In this document: piece by piece, positions 35,401 to 46,512 of the stretch | Position numbering within the stretch: position 1 is the first letter of the stretch | Layout of the letters: each line of letters begins with the position of its first letter | Source: Podarcis muralis | Lineage: Eukaryota | Assembly (NCBI RefSeq): GCF_964188315.1 | Contig: NC_135656.1 | Location: 122,016,001-122,080,000, forward strand | DNA length: 64,000 bases | Direction of reading: 5' to 3' | The notes under the pieces: model-generated | Told to the model about the DNA's origin: nothing | What the model saw: the letters and a program-made list of their open reading frames with translations, nothing else | Databases searched by the model: none | Program-made: the position numbers and the translations under genes

Positions 35401-37218
35401 CATATGCCCTTTTCCCAGCCTGCCCCACCTCCCACACCTTCCCTCCCTTCCTTGAACCACTGTGATTGACCCCCTACTTCCCTGAACTCCTCTCCTCCCA
35501 GAAATATCTCCCCTCTCTGAAACAAACAGCATGTGCTGGGCCCGGGGGTAACCTGTGAAACACGGTCCAGGACTGGACCAGAATCCGGAGGTTCCGCTAG
35601 GAGTCAGTCTGACAGGGCCAAGGCAGGAAACCAGGTAAGGACAGGTACAGGATCTCAGGCAGGATCTAGCATACAGCAATGTTGCTCCCGCAACCTGGGG
35701 CAGGGTCCAACAGCCTTTTATCTTTGTCGGGGTAGTGGCCGTTCCTGATCCCCCAGCGACTCACCTCCCAGTTTCACCCAAAGGCGAGCACTCCTCCTGC
35801 GAGTACTCAGGTCTCTCCTTCTCTCAGACCTGAGTCTCTGCAGCTTGGAACATGTCGGTGGGTTACTAGACCCAGGGGCCGCCTCAGGCTCCCCTGACCC
35901 AACTGGTAGCAGAGCAGCTGTGATGGCCCGGCTGAAGGCAACAAGGTAATCCCTGCATCTGGAGCCAGGGCAGGCTCAGTCCCCTGACTCAGACCAGCCG
36001 GTGTTTGCTGCAGGGGAACCTGTGCAGACTGGGATTCTTCAGGATCAGGCCCCAGACTTGTTTAGGTGATGCCTGAGGCAAAGGATCCGGTGCAGACTCC
36101 TCTGGGTCCAAGTCCAAGCCTGAGTCCCAGGCCATCACACAGCAACAACAAAATCCACACAAATTAAAGAGTTAAAACAATTCTAGCAGCACTGGCCTGT
36201 CTCTGTAGCTGGTGCTGCAGCTGAGGGAGCAGAGGTTTAGCGGCTTCCAACACTAACATGAATACTTTCATGGCCATAGCTAATGGGGGAGCGTCCTAGC
36301 CGGGGTTTGGGTCCTGGGTGAAGCCTCTAGGGGGGCGCCACTGAGGCTCCCAGCCTGCCTGGGTTTCCTGCCTAGACAGCTCTGATCATAGTCATGGAGT
36401 GGAGAACTGCTGCACACAGGAGGGATGCTTATTTGCAAGGGGAAGCAGGAAAACCTGGAGAGGCAAAAGTAAACAAACCTCCTTCCCCTTTCCCCGTTTT
36501 TTGGAACTGTGTGTGTGAGAGAAATTGTGGAAAAGGCACAAGCAAAGTTGAAAAGGGGAAGTTTTGTTGCTTCCTTCTGCTTTTCCTTCCCTCAGCACCT
36601 CAGAGGTCAATTAAAAGTGGTGAAGAGGTAGAACACCACCTCCTGCCCCTTTTGGGAACAGGAGCTTTTATCAGGGTTAAACAATTTAAATGTCAAGTTC
36701 ACAAGATAAGTACTTTGGAGTACTGCTTGCTTTTGTGTTCTGTGGGTGGGTGTGTTTGGATCTAGAGGACAACATACATGTTTACACAATGGGCACTGCT
36801 GCATACAATGAGCTACAAAAACCGAGTCCTCTTTGTATTGAAAATAAAATACTTGCAATGAAAGAAATGTGATGCTGACATACAAAGCGGTTTGTATTTA
36901 TCCCTTCCTGTAATTTGGAAGGAAAATGTAGCCAATCCACTTTAAATTCTTTAATTGCAATGGTTCGGCAGCCAGCAATCTTGTGGCGTATACTTTGAAT
37001 GTTTATTCTTTCATTCTTTAGAGCCTTAACGGCAAGCCTTTACTACTCACTGAACAGCAAGCCTTTACTACCCACTGAATTTGATGGAGCTTACTCCCAG
37101 GTAACTGGGTAAAGATACTGCAGTCGTATACTGCAAACTTACGCATTTTTACTCTCTGCTATATGCCAGACTTACTCTGGACTTACTCTCTGGTATGTGC
37201 CTGATCATTATCAGTTTC

Positions 37219-37277
<59 letters not shown>

Positions 37278-38085
37278 GTGTGTGTGCCAAACTAAGTCTT
37301 TGACCCGGGTGAAAGAAAGCCTAGTTTCATCCCTGACACCCTGAGTTGTGTCTGCAAACAAACTGGCATATGTTTGAACACGGGGATTATATGAATTCTA
37401 AGCGGAACCCCATCCATCAAAAAGTGCAACAGCCCACCTGTGATTCACAGCAACTGGTATTCAGGGAAATGCTGCCTTGACAGTGGAGGTAAAATATTGC
37501 CATCCTGGTAAGTAACAATGTTGGATCCAGGAGAACCAACAAGTTATGGACCTGCTCCTTGCAAAGGAGCCCAATCCCACCCACATCAGGCCACCTGCCC
37601 ACCTCCGAAATCCAGAACAGGGAACACGTAGCCCACATATTTTCAGGATTCAGCTTCAATATGTTAATGGCCCGCTGTTTTGCTTCTTGCAGGTGGAAAG
37701 ACAAAGGATGGAAGTGACATCCATTGGCTTTTTGTGTCTCCACGGACGCGTCCAGAAAAGAGGACTTGTCCCTGGCAAATGAATCCTGGAGTGGGGAAAA
37801 TCATAGCTGAGTACAATAACATGAAACCAATTGCCACAGAAATGCTTACCCAAAGAGCACTATTTGGGGTGCTTCGCGGAAACTGTTGGCTGCATGGAAA
37901 ACATGTGTTGTAGAAATGACCCCACTTACGAGGTGGTCTCCTGGCATGTAATAATTCAACGCATCTGGAACATCCCTTTCCATGTTCAAGGGGCATTTCC
38001 CCTTTGGCATCCCAGAACCTACAAATCGCAGCAGCAACAGCAACAGCAGCAGCAACAGCATCACTCTGGGTCTGCTGGCTCTCAT
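27968..38085 (-). CDS. V2R gene D, 6 exons, ~875 aa (more divergent paralog)
   Basis: Exons: 38085-37850 (GG|GTAAGC, phase 2), 34866-34572 (295 nt), 34332-33502 (831), 31129-30902 (228), 29530-29404 (127, GC donor), 28878-27968 (911). All phases join into an uninterrupted ORF. An alternative in-frame ATG lies at 38112. Confidence 0.92.
29572..30325 (-). mobile_element. L1-clade LINE, 3' end of ORF2 and 3' UTR
   Basis: KMMYRWY..P.KL..MY....KCWKCK...[10 protein letters not shown] Cys/His motif; AATAAAAATATT tail. Confidence 0.75.
31182..31800 (+). mobile_element. Sauria SINE interrupted by a second SINE
   Basis: 15-bp TSD TAACCT(G/A)CTCTGTTA (31167-31181, 31801-31815); (ACCTTT)n tail; internal 18-bp tandem duplication TAGATAAATAGGTACCGC. 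Confidence 0.88.
31316..31553 (-). mobile_element. Squam3-like (MIR/Ther1-related) SINE nested in a Sauria SINE
   Basis: GGTGTAGTGGTTAAGAGCGG head, GTGACCTTGGGCCAGTCAC core, (CTT)n tail; AAAG on both sides. Confidence 0.8.
31890..32445 (+). mobile_element. L1-clade LINE 3' fragment
   Basis: KPEAFLLGI...LFMY...[15 protein letters not shown], the same family as 55900-56790. Confidence 0.65.
32447..32976 (-). mobile_element. L2 LINE 3' fragment with (AAT)n tail
   Basis: Minus-strand TFKAL.GLGP.YLKE.L...[39 protein letters not shown]. Confidence 0.8.
32979..33226 (-). mobile_element. pogo/Tigger-like MITE (same family as 9778-10019)
   Basis: TIRs CAGTGGTACCTCGGGTTA; TA TSD. Confidence 0.85.
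35461..36139. mobile_element. Probable solo LTR (Gypsy-like) in intron 1 of gene D
   Basis: Ends TGTGAT...ATCACA; GC-rich interior unlike the flanks; no clean TSD. Confidence 0.45.
37219..37276. repeat. (ATT)n microsatellite; similar arrays near 16456, 20432, 32447, 41460, 46470, 49175 and 62208
   Basis: Pure trinucleotide runs; most of the similar arrays are L2 tails. Confidence 0.9.
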
Positions 38086-38229
38086 TGCCTCTGTTGTGGC
38101 TGCTCTCAGCATAGTAAGCAGCAAATTAGAAGCAGGACCAAGCCCCCGGTGACATTAAGAGCAGAGGGATGATACAGTCTCTTCGTACTGGCAGAGTCCG
38201 TGCCTGCCTCAAAGCGTTCGGTTTCTCAG

Positions 38230-38470
38230 GAGGTATTTAAGTAGGCATTTCTTGTTGCATTAAGTTGCCTCGTGCATCTCTCCATTCTGAGATTTCGGTT
38301 ATTTGCAGAATAACAAAAATAAGGTGATGCTTGGGGGGTCGGTCCCTTGAGTTTTGGGGCAAGAAAAAAAGAGAACTAAATCACTATGATTCCTATAATT
38401 AGGAGGTGAAGCATCGCCTCCACCCTGTACAGGGTGGCTCAAAGAGCAGGTGCAGAGCTGGAGGAAAACA
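38230..38470 (-). promoter_or_regulatory. Putative core promoter of V2R D
   Basis: CTTAAATA (38241-38234); AAATCACTATG at 38378-38388; CAGGTGCAGAGCTGGAGGAAAA from 38447. Confidence 0.45.
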
Positions 38471-38609
38471 GATCCGCAAGAGGAAAGGCCATAGCTCAGG
38501 TGTAGAGCATTTGTGAGGGGACCTCAGCAAGGGGAATTAGAGTTAAGGAGATACTGCAGCGCAGCATCGCCTTGTGCAGATGCCTGATTATCGTCTTCCA
38601 AAGCAATTA

Positions 38610-39165
38610 CCGTTTCGCACCATAGGGCGCACCGGACCATAGGGCGCACCTAGTTTTGGGAGGCGGAAAACAAGAAAAAATTATTCTGAACCCCAGAAGC
38701 CGGAACAGCAAGAGGGATCTGGCTTCTGGGATACCGTGTGGCTGTTCTGCCTTCTGGGGTAACCGCGCCAAGCCTCTTCAGGGCAGCGGGATGAAGGCTC
38801 CCCCTGCCTGAAGAGGCTGTGCACGGCTAAGGCAGAAGCCAGGACAGGTGCGTTGCTGAAGGGGCACTGCGCCTTCTCTCTCTCTGCGCAGGTGCTGCGC
38901 AGAGAGGGAGAAGGGGCAGCGCCCTTCAGCGAAGATGGAGAAGGAACAGAAGAAGACCCTTCTGTTCCTCCTCGGGCTTCGCTGGACAGGCGCGTCGCTG
39001 CAAAGCGGGAGGAGGAATAGGAGACCCTTCTGTTCCTCCTCCGGCTTCCAGGACAGGCACGTCGCGGCGAAGCCAAGGAGCCTGCATTCGCTCCATAGGA
39101 CGCACACACATTTCCCCTTCATTTTTGGAGGGGGAAAAGTGTGTCCTATAGAGCGAAAAATACGG
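38610..39165 (-). mobile_element. Tc2-like MITE with hairpin cargo
   Basis: TA|CCGT...AAAAATACGG|TA; CCATAGGGCGCAC subterminal repeats; internal near-perfect hairpin at 38855-38930. Confidence 0.8.
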
Positions 39166-39179
39166 TACTCTATTCCAAA

Positions 39180-39760
39180 CTTTAAAATGGAAAGCGTAAT
39201 GCTGGTGGTCAACAAGAGAGGTTTAAAGACTCTCTCAAGGCAAATCTTTAAAAAATGTAGTATAAACACCAGCAATTGGGAAACACTGGCTTGTGAGCGC
39301 TCCAGTTGGAGAACAGCCTTTACCAAAGGTGTCATGGACTTTGAAGACACGCAAGGGAGAAATGTGCTAAGAGGAAGGCACGCTTGGCAAATCCACACCA
39401 TGATCAACTCCCGCCCGGAAACCTATGTCCCCTCTGTGGAAGGATGTGTCGATCCAGAATCGGCCTCCACAGTCACTTACGGACTCACTATTAAAACCGT
39501 GTTTATGGAAGACAATCTTACTTGCTACGAGTCAAAACAAAAAAATTCCTTCCAGTAGCACCTTAAAGACCAACTAAGTTAGTTCTTGGTATGAGCTTTC
39601 TGAAGAAGTGTGCATGCACACGAAAGCTCATACCAAGAACTAACTTAGTTGGTCTTTAAGGTGCTACTGGAAGGAATTTTTTTGTTTTGACTATGGCAGA
39701 CCAACACGGCTACCTATCTGTAACTGTTACTTGCTACGAGTGATTGCCAAAGAGAGAAGA
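39180..39760 (+). mobile_element. RTE-clade LINE 3' end
   Basis: GGQQ.RFKDSLKANL...NWETLACERSSWRTAFTKGVMDFED and a terminal CP.CGR.C.SRIGLHSHLRTH finger. Confidence 0.75.
39533..39726. mobile_element. Penelope-like insertion with 71-bp perfect inverted repeat
   Basis: Arms 39530-39600 and 39622-39692; 15-bp TSD TTACTTGCTACGAGT (39518-39532, 39727-39741). Confidence 0.75.
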
Positions 39761-40309
39761 GAGAGATTTGCACTGCAAGCAGAAGATCTCAGGTTCGATC
39801 CCTGACTTCTGATTGGATCCCCGTGTTGGATGCGATAGTACTAGACCGCCTATAGCCATTTGGTGATGAATGCATTTCGACAGAGCAGCTGTGCTCCAGC
39901 AGCCAATAGGAGTTGCAGAGTCGCTACCTTGCAGAGCCTCCATCCCTCAGGAGCGGGGGGTCCTCTGAACTGATCCAGGTGTCCCAAGGAAGCCCAAAGA
40001 GCCTTGAGGGCATCAGATAATCCCTTCTCACACAGTAAAGAACTCGTGTATCCATAAGTTTTCCTTTATTGATTTGCTTTCAATGCTTATGCCTTTCCTT
40101 TCCATATATAGTTCAATGCTGCTAAGGAAAATGATGATGATGATAATAATAATAATAATATGCAATTAAAAGCAACAACATATGCGAGCACAAACGAGAA
40201 GTATTTCAAAAGGAAGAGAACAAAATCTACAAGCCAGAAATAGAGCGATTTGGGGGTGAGGGGAAGCAACAGTGAAAATATCCCACAAAGGTTACGTATC
40301 AGTTATAGA

Positions 40310-40457
40310 GGGAGCCTGGATAGCTCAGTTGGTTAGAGCGTGATGCTGATAATGCCAAGGTTGCAGGTTCCATCCCCGTCCGGGACAGCTGCGTATTCCT
40401 GCATTGCAGGGGGTTCGACTAGATTATCCTCAGGGTCCCTTCCAACTCTAAGATTCT
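40310..40457 (+). mobile_element. SINE with tRNA-Ile-like head and CR1-derived tail
   Basis: TAGCTCAGTTGGTTAGAGCGTGATGCTGATAATGCCAAGG...TTCCTGCATTGCAGGGGGTTCGACTAG. Confidence 0.75.
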
Positions 40458-40766
40458 TTGTGAGAGCTGAGAGGGTTCAGAACTCTTCTTTGTGTGGAAT
40501 AAGGATGAAGAAATCATTTTAAGAGAGGGCTTTATATCCCCTTTTTCTTCTTTTCCATCTTTATTGTCTTGCTTTTGTTATTCTTGCTCTTTTCCCTTTT
40601 TTATATTAGCTTCAGCCCGGACACTGAGGTCCAGTGCCAAGGGCCTTCTGGCAGTTCCCTCGCTGCGAGAAGCCAAGTTACAGGGAACCAGGCAGAGGGC
40701 CTTCCCAGTGGTGGCGCCCGCCCTGTGGAACGCCCTCCAATCAGATATCAAGAAAATAAACAACTA

Positions 40767-41322
40767 CAGTGGAACCTCGGTTTTTGAACTTAAATCTACA
40801 GTGGTTCCTCGCAAGACGAAAATAATCCGTTCCGCAAGTCTCTTCGTCTAGCGGTTTTTTCGTCTTGCGAAGCAACCCTATTAGAGGCTTAGCGGCTATT
40901 AAAGGCTTAGTGGCTAAAAGGCTATTAGCGGCTTAGCGGCTTAGAAAAAGGGGGGGAAAGCGGGGAAAAATCACAAGACTCGCAAGACGTTTTCGTCTTG
41001 TGAAGCAAGCCCATAGGGAAAATCGTCTTGCGAAGCAACTCAAAAACGGAAAACCCTTTCGTCTAGCGGGTTTTTCGTCTTGCGAGGCATTCGTCTTGCA
41101 GGGCACCACTGTATTCCGTAAGATCGTTCAACTTCCAAAAAGTTCAAAAACTGAGGATCAATGGGCTGGCTGCAAAGTCAATGGGAAAAAATGAAAAATG
41201 TGGCTTGGAAGCTGTACGGCTTCTGAAAATCATTCGAAAATGGAAGTATTCACTTCTGGATTGTCAGCGTTCAGGTTCCAAATTGTTCAGCTTTGAAGCA
41301 TTCGACAACCAAGGTTCCGCTG
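40767..41322. mobile_element. pogo/Tigger-like MITE (outer)
   Basis: TA|CAGTGGAACCTCGGTT ... AACCAAGGTTCCGCTG|TA. Confidence 0.75.
40799..41111. mobile_element. pogo/Tigger-like MITE (inner)
   Basis: TA|CAGTGGTTCCTCGCAAGACG ... CGTCTTGCAGGGCACCACTG|TA; repeated CGTCTTGCGA motif. Confidence 0.8.
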
Positions 41323-41458
41323 TATCTGACTTTTAGAAGACATCTGAAGGCAGCCCTGATTAGGAAAGCTTTTACTGATGTTTTATCATGTTTTTAAGAT
41401 TCTGTTGGGAGCCGCCCAGAGTGGCTGCGGAAACCCAGCCAGATGGGTGGCGTATAAA

Positions 41459-41504
<46 letters not shown>

Positions 41505-42147
41505 GGCTTTTATTGCAATTGATGTTGAAAACTTTCAATATAAATTGATTACACAAAAAAAGGAGAAGACAGCACCAAACAGAAAGCAGAAAGGTACAAA
41601 AACAAACTTGACAGACAAACAGCTTTCCGTTTTGCCTCCTCTCCCACCCCATCCTAAACAGAGAGATTAAAAGATGCTGCAGTGAAGATGCTTTGTGAAA
41701 ATACAAGGCGCGTAAACCAAATATGTATGTTACTTATGCAATCATGGCCATGCAATATCGAAAAGAAAAAGAAGGAAGGAACATTGAAAATATCCCACAA
41801 AGATTATATATCAATTATGGCAAACCAATCAATCAAATCCAACCTCCAAACGCTGAAGACCTCCCTAAAATAAACCGGCCTTATAAATAAGTTCACAAAA
41901 ATTACTGGCCTGCCATTATTCTTTCCTTACCCTCATGCTGGGCTGGAAATAGTGCCGGAAAACCCCATCCCTCCTCTGACAACCCACTTGCCTTTTGTGC
42001 TGAACTCAGAGTGGGTACAGAATACTGCCCCCCTCACTTGCCTGCCCACAATTCCTTGTCTCCTAAGGCTATCAGGCTAGTGCTTAAACATAAGGCTGGT
42101 CTTAACACTGCAATGAAAGGCCATGAATCAGAGAGGAGGGACAAATC

Positions 42148-42292
42148 ACCTTGGATAGCTCAGTTGGTACAGCATGAGACTCTTAATCTAAGGGTCAAGG
42201 GTTCAAGTCCCAGGTTGGGCAAAAACATTCCTGCATTGCAGGGGGTTGGACTAGGTGGTCCCCGCGGTCCCTTCAAACTCTACAGTTCTGTG
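42148..42292 (+). mobile_element. SINE with tRNA-Lys(CTT)-like head and CR1-derived tail
   Basis: TAGCTCAGTTGGTACAGCATGAGACTCTTAATCT.AGGGTC...GTTGGGC then TTCCTGCATTGCAGGGGGTTGGACTAG. Confidence 0.78.
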
Positions 42293-42496
42293 AAATCTCC
42301 ATGGGAAGGGTGTGGCGACAGAGGAAGGCCCCTCCCCAGGCGTAGGTTTGGAATTGACAAGAGGGCCTACGTAGATGACCTTGATCTCCAAGCATGCTCA
42401 TATGAGAAGCTGGTCCAACAGAAACCATGGTCCAAAACCAGTTTCACAATCTGTATCATGGTTAACTCTTGCATCTGCAAGACTTGAAGCTTTCAG

Positions 42497-42752
42497 TGTG
42501 GGGTAGTGGTTAAGAGCGGTAGTCACGTAATCTGGGGAACCGGGTTCGCGTCTCCGCTCCTCCAAATGCAGCTGCTGGGTGACCTTGGGCCAGTCACATT
42601 TCTTTGAAGTCTCTCAGCCCCACTCACCTCACAGAGTGTTTGTTGTGGGGGAGGAAGGGAAAGGTGAATGTTAGCCGCTTTGATACTCCTTAAAGGGAGT
42701 GAAAGGCGGGATATCAAATCCAAACTCTTCTTCTTCTTCTTCTTCTTCTTCT
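42497..42752 (+). mobile_element. Squam3-like SINE
   Basis: Same family as 31316-31553; (CTT)n tail. Confidence 0.8.
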
Positions 42753-43014
42753 TCATTTGTTTGTTCAGAATAGTATGAAAACTTTTTTTTTTTTTTTACA
42801 GAAATCTTAAGTGCAAAAAATGGAAGTACAAAATGAGAAGTCCACAGTAAGGCAAAACCTTTCTTTGGGCCAACTGAAATGTCACAAAACAAGTCAGCAA
42901 GCTTTTCAATTCTCCGAAAGCTTCTTTTATGCTCCCCAACACTCCCAAGTATTCATTTGGGGCAGAGGAGTTGAATTCCCTGTGTGGGTTCTCTGATGGC
43001 TAAGAAGGGCTGTG

Positions 43015-46000
43015 CTAGCAACAGGGTTCTTGCTTAATCTCAGAAGCCATACACTGGCTTTCCTCTGTGAATTCCCCTAGAGGGCATAAGATGGATACGC
43101 CATCTGAAGCCATTTCAACGCTCCAAGCAATGATGGGTCTCCCAACCCCAGCGTGAACTTTTTGGTGTCTGTTTAGATCCGCTTTTCTGTAAAACCTCTT
43201 CCCACATTCCAGACACTGGAAAGGTCTCACCCCAGTGTGGATTCTCTGGTGTGAAGTAAGGTCTGTTTGCTGCCTGAAATACTTCCCACACTCCGGGCAC
43301 TGATACGGTTTCTCTCCTGTGTGTATGCTTTGATGAGAGGTGAGGCTCTTTTTCTGACTGAAGGTCTTCCCACACTCCTGACACTCGTATCGTCTCTCTC
43401 CTGTATGGATTCTTTGGTGTGTGAGAAGGTTGGACTTGTCGTAAAAGCTCTTTCCACAGTGAGAGCACATGAAGGGTCTCTCCCCGGTGTGGATTCTCTG
43501 ATGGGAAGTGAAGCTCGTGATTTGGCTGAAGCTCTTTCCACATTCCGTGCAAGTATATGGTTTCTCCCCCGTGTGGATTCTTTGGTGTCTAGTAAGGTGT
43601 GGCTTATCGTAGAAGCTCTTCCCGCATTCCGAGCAAACGTACGGTTTCTCCCCAGTGTGGATTCTTTGGTGGGAAGTCAGGCCGAAGCTTTGATGGAAGC
43701 CTTTTCCACATACCAAGCACTGATATGGTTTCTCTCCTGTGTGGATTCTTTGGTGGATGACCAGGCTCGATTTGTCGTAAAATCCCTTTCCACACTCGGA
43801 ACACTTATACGGTCTTTCTCCCGTATGAATTCTTTGATGTGACGAGAAGCTTGCTAGCTGCCGGAAACTCTTTCCACACTCCAGACATTTGTATGGCTTC
43901 TCTCCTGTGTGGATTCTCCAATGAACGTTAAGGTCTGACTTGCGATTGAAGCTTTTCCCACATACTGGGCAGACATTTTTTCTTTGCCCTTTCTGTTTTC
44001 CCTGCTGAACTAAGATTTCGGGGAAATTGTCACCCTGCCACGTAACAGATTCATTCATCCACATCTCCGTTTGATTTCCTTCCTGCTTTTCTGGCTCAAC
44101 TTGATCTCCAATCCCCTCTTCCATTTCTAGATTCTTGTTCCTTTCCGACGACTCTCCATATGTCCCTTCATCAGTCTTACGCTCCCACTCATCACCTTCT
44201 GGAATACAGAGAGAGAAACTTGGTTAGAGGACAAAGCAGGGGAACAAGAAGGAAGTATTTTTTTAATCACCCATCATGCCAAATATACTGCTGCAGAGGA
44301 GACATCATACAGGTGTGGTTCTGCTTCCACATTCTTTCCAAAGACTTATAACTGCTCTACACATCCAACAGAAGTTCCTTCCAGATTTGATTGGGGCTGC
44401 ACTTGAAGATGACTTAGAAACATCAACTGGTCCAAACTGCAGCGGCCAAATTACTGTCTGGGGTTCCATTTAAATCTCATATAACACATGTTTTCAAACA
44501 GCTGCATTTTTTTATCCCATCTCAGCTGCATGTAAGTTGATCTACCCCTTTTGCAATGAACAGACCACACACTGCTAAGTAAGTTTAAAATGCTTTACTT
44601 ACAGTTCCAAGCTGCACTGGGTACCAGGCAACGGGGTTAATTCCCAGGCCCAATTCAAGGTACTCATGCTTGTGTTTAAAGCCATAAATCATTCAGGCCC
44701 CAAATATATGAAAAACTGCCTCCTTTCCTACAGACCTCCAAGAAGCCCACCCCCACCCCCCCGAAGCTCAGGAGAGTGATGGTGGCAGACAATAAGCTGT
44801 AGAACTCCCTCCTTACAGAAGTGTGTCTGGCAACTTCATTACAGTGGTACCTTGGTACTCAAATGGCTTGGCTCCCGAACAAATTGGCTCCCAAACACCG
44901 CAAACCCAAAGTAAGTGTTCTGGTTTGCGAACGTTTTTCGGAAGCCGAAAGTCTGACGTGGCTTCCGCTTCAGTGCAGCAAGCTCCTGCAGCCAATCGGA
45001 AGCCACGCCTTGGTTGTCAAACGGTTTTGGGGGTTGAACAGACTCCCGGAACGTATTAAGTTCGAGAACCAAGTTACCACTGTATATATGCCTTAGACAA
45101 ACCTCTTTAACCTGGCCTTTGACACCTGAGAGGAATATTTTCAAGATTCACTGTATATTTTGTGGCAGCATTTTTAAAAGTTGTATTGTATTGTAACAAA
45201 TGGATGGGACTTAACAAAGTGTGGCCCTTACCCAGAGAGGCCACGTTCCAGTAATTCTCCAGTTGCACCTCCCCGTGCAGAGCCCTTTGGCCCGGATCCA
45301 GCAGAGCCCACTCCTCCTCGGTAAAACACACAGCCACTTCCTCAAAGGCCATGGGACCCTGAATGGGGAATAAAATGCCACGTCCTTCAAGTTATATGTA
45401 TCTTACATTTATACATATATAGCTTGGGCTAGGGTATTTTTAGCGGAGAGCGGTTGTTGTGGGAATGGTTGTTGCTGTTGTCACTGTTCATTTTTTGCAC
45501 CTTTATTTTGGATATTATTATTTATGTGGAAATTGTTCAATTGGGTCGTGTGCTTTTTGATGCTTCGCTAATTGTTTGTGACCACTTTTGTTGTGCTTGT
45601 AGTTATCTAATTTTTTTATATGTTGTAAGCCGCCTTGAGCACGCTTTTAACTTTGGAAAGGCGGCATACAAACGAAAATTTGACTAACAGATTCTGCAAG
45701 ATTTCCGATTTGCAAGAAATGAGCATCCCCTTCCAAACCACCTCCACCACCCCTTTGGAGCCAAACTTTTGCCTAAGCAAAATAAGCAGAGCTCGCAGCC
45801 TCTGTTGTGTGTCGTTTGATGGGTTTAACATCTCTATCAACATATGACAGGCACCCGATATACAGTCGTACCTTGGAAGTAGAACAGAATCTGTTCCGAA
45901 AGTCCTTCGACTTTCAAAACGTTCAGAAACCAAAACACGGCTTCTGATTGGCTGCAGGAAGCCCTGTCGGACGTTCGGCTTCCAAAAATAGTTCGCAAAC

Positions 46001-46469
46001 CGAAACAGTCATTTCTGTTTGGGGGCCAAAACTAAGGTGTTTGAAAACCCAGCTACGACTGTATGCACTTAGACTAAGCATTAGGAAGAATTTTCTGACG
46101 ATAAGAGCTGCTTCACAAGTGGAACAGACCCTCTCAGAAGGTTATGGACTGCTTCATTGGAAGTCAGGTGGCCATCTGTCAGGGATTCTTCGGGTGTGAT
46201 TCCTGCATTGCAGGGGGCTGGACTAGCTAACCCTCATGTGGTCCCTTCCATCTCTACACTTCTGTGAATCTATGGAATGTGGAGGCTCCCCAACCATCCT
46301 GTGTACATGTTTTTCTGGCGGTCCTTACCCGAGTTGACTGTGCAGAAGCTGTTGCTGTTGCTCTGTCACAAGTGAGGGATGATTCGGAGAGGGTCAAGGA
46401 CAACACGCCATTGCCTGCTACAGAAGATGGCGAAAACAGATGTTGTTTTTGCTTTTAGAAAACCAGTGC

Positions 46470-46512
<43 letters not shown>

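Larger units (their letters stand above)
40613..41503 (+). mobile_element. L2 3' end split by two nested MITEs
   Basis: The host sequence ...AAATAAACAACTA|TCTGACTTTTAGAAGACATCTG... is rejoined when 40767-41322 is removed; (ATT)n tail. Confidence 0.8.

Noticed and set aside
40310-40385. tRNA-Ile gene
   Set aside because: The stems and T-loop are mismatched, there is no poly-T terminator, and it is fused to a CR1 tail, so it is a SINE head.
42148-42222. tRNA-Lys gene
   Set aside because: It has several stem-breaking changes and runs directly into the CR1 tail, so it is a SINE head.
43115-43842. Antisense and alternative-frame ORFs over the zinc-finger exon
   Set aside because: They are the usual shadow ORFs of repetitive C2H2 coding sequence, with no independent evidence.
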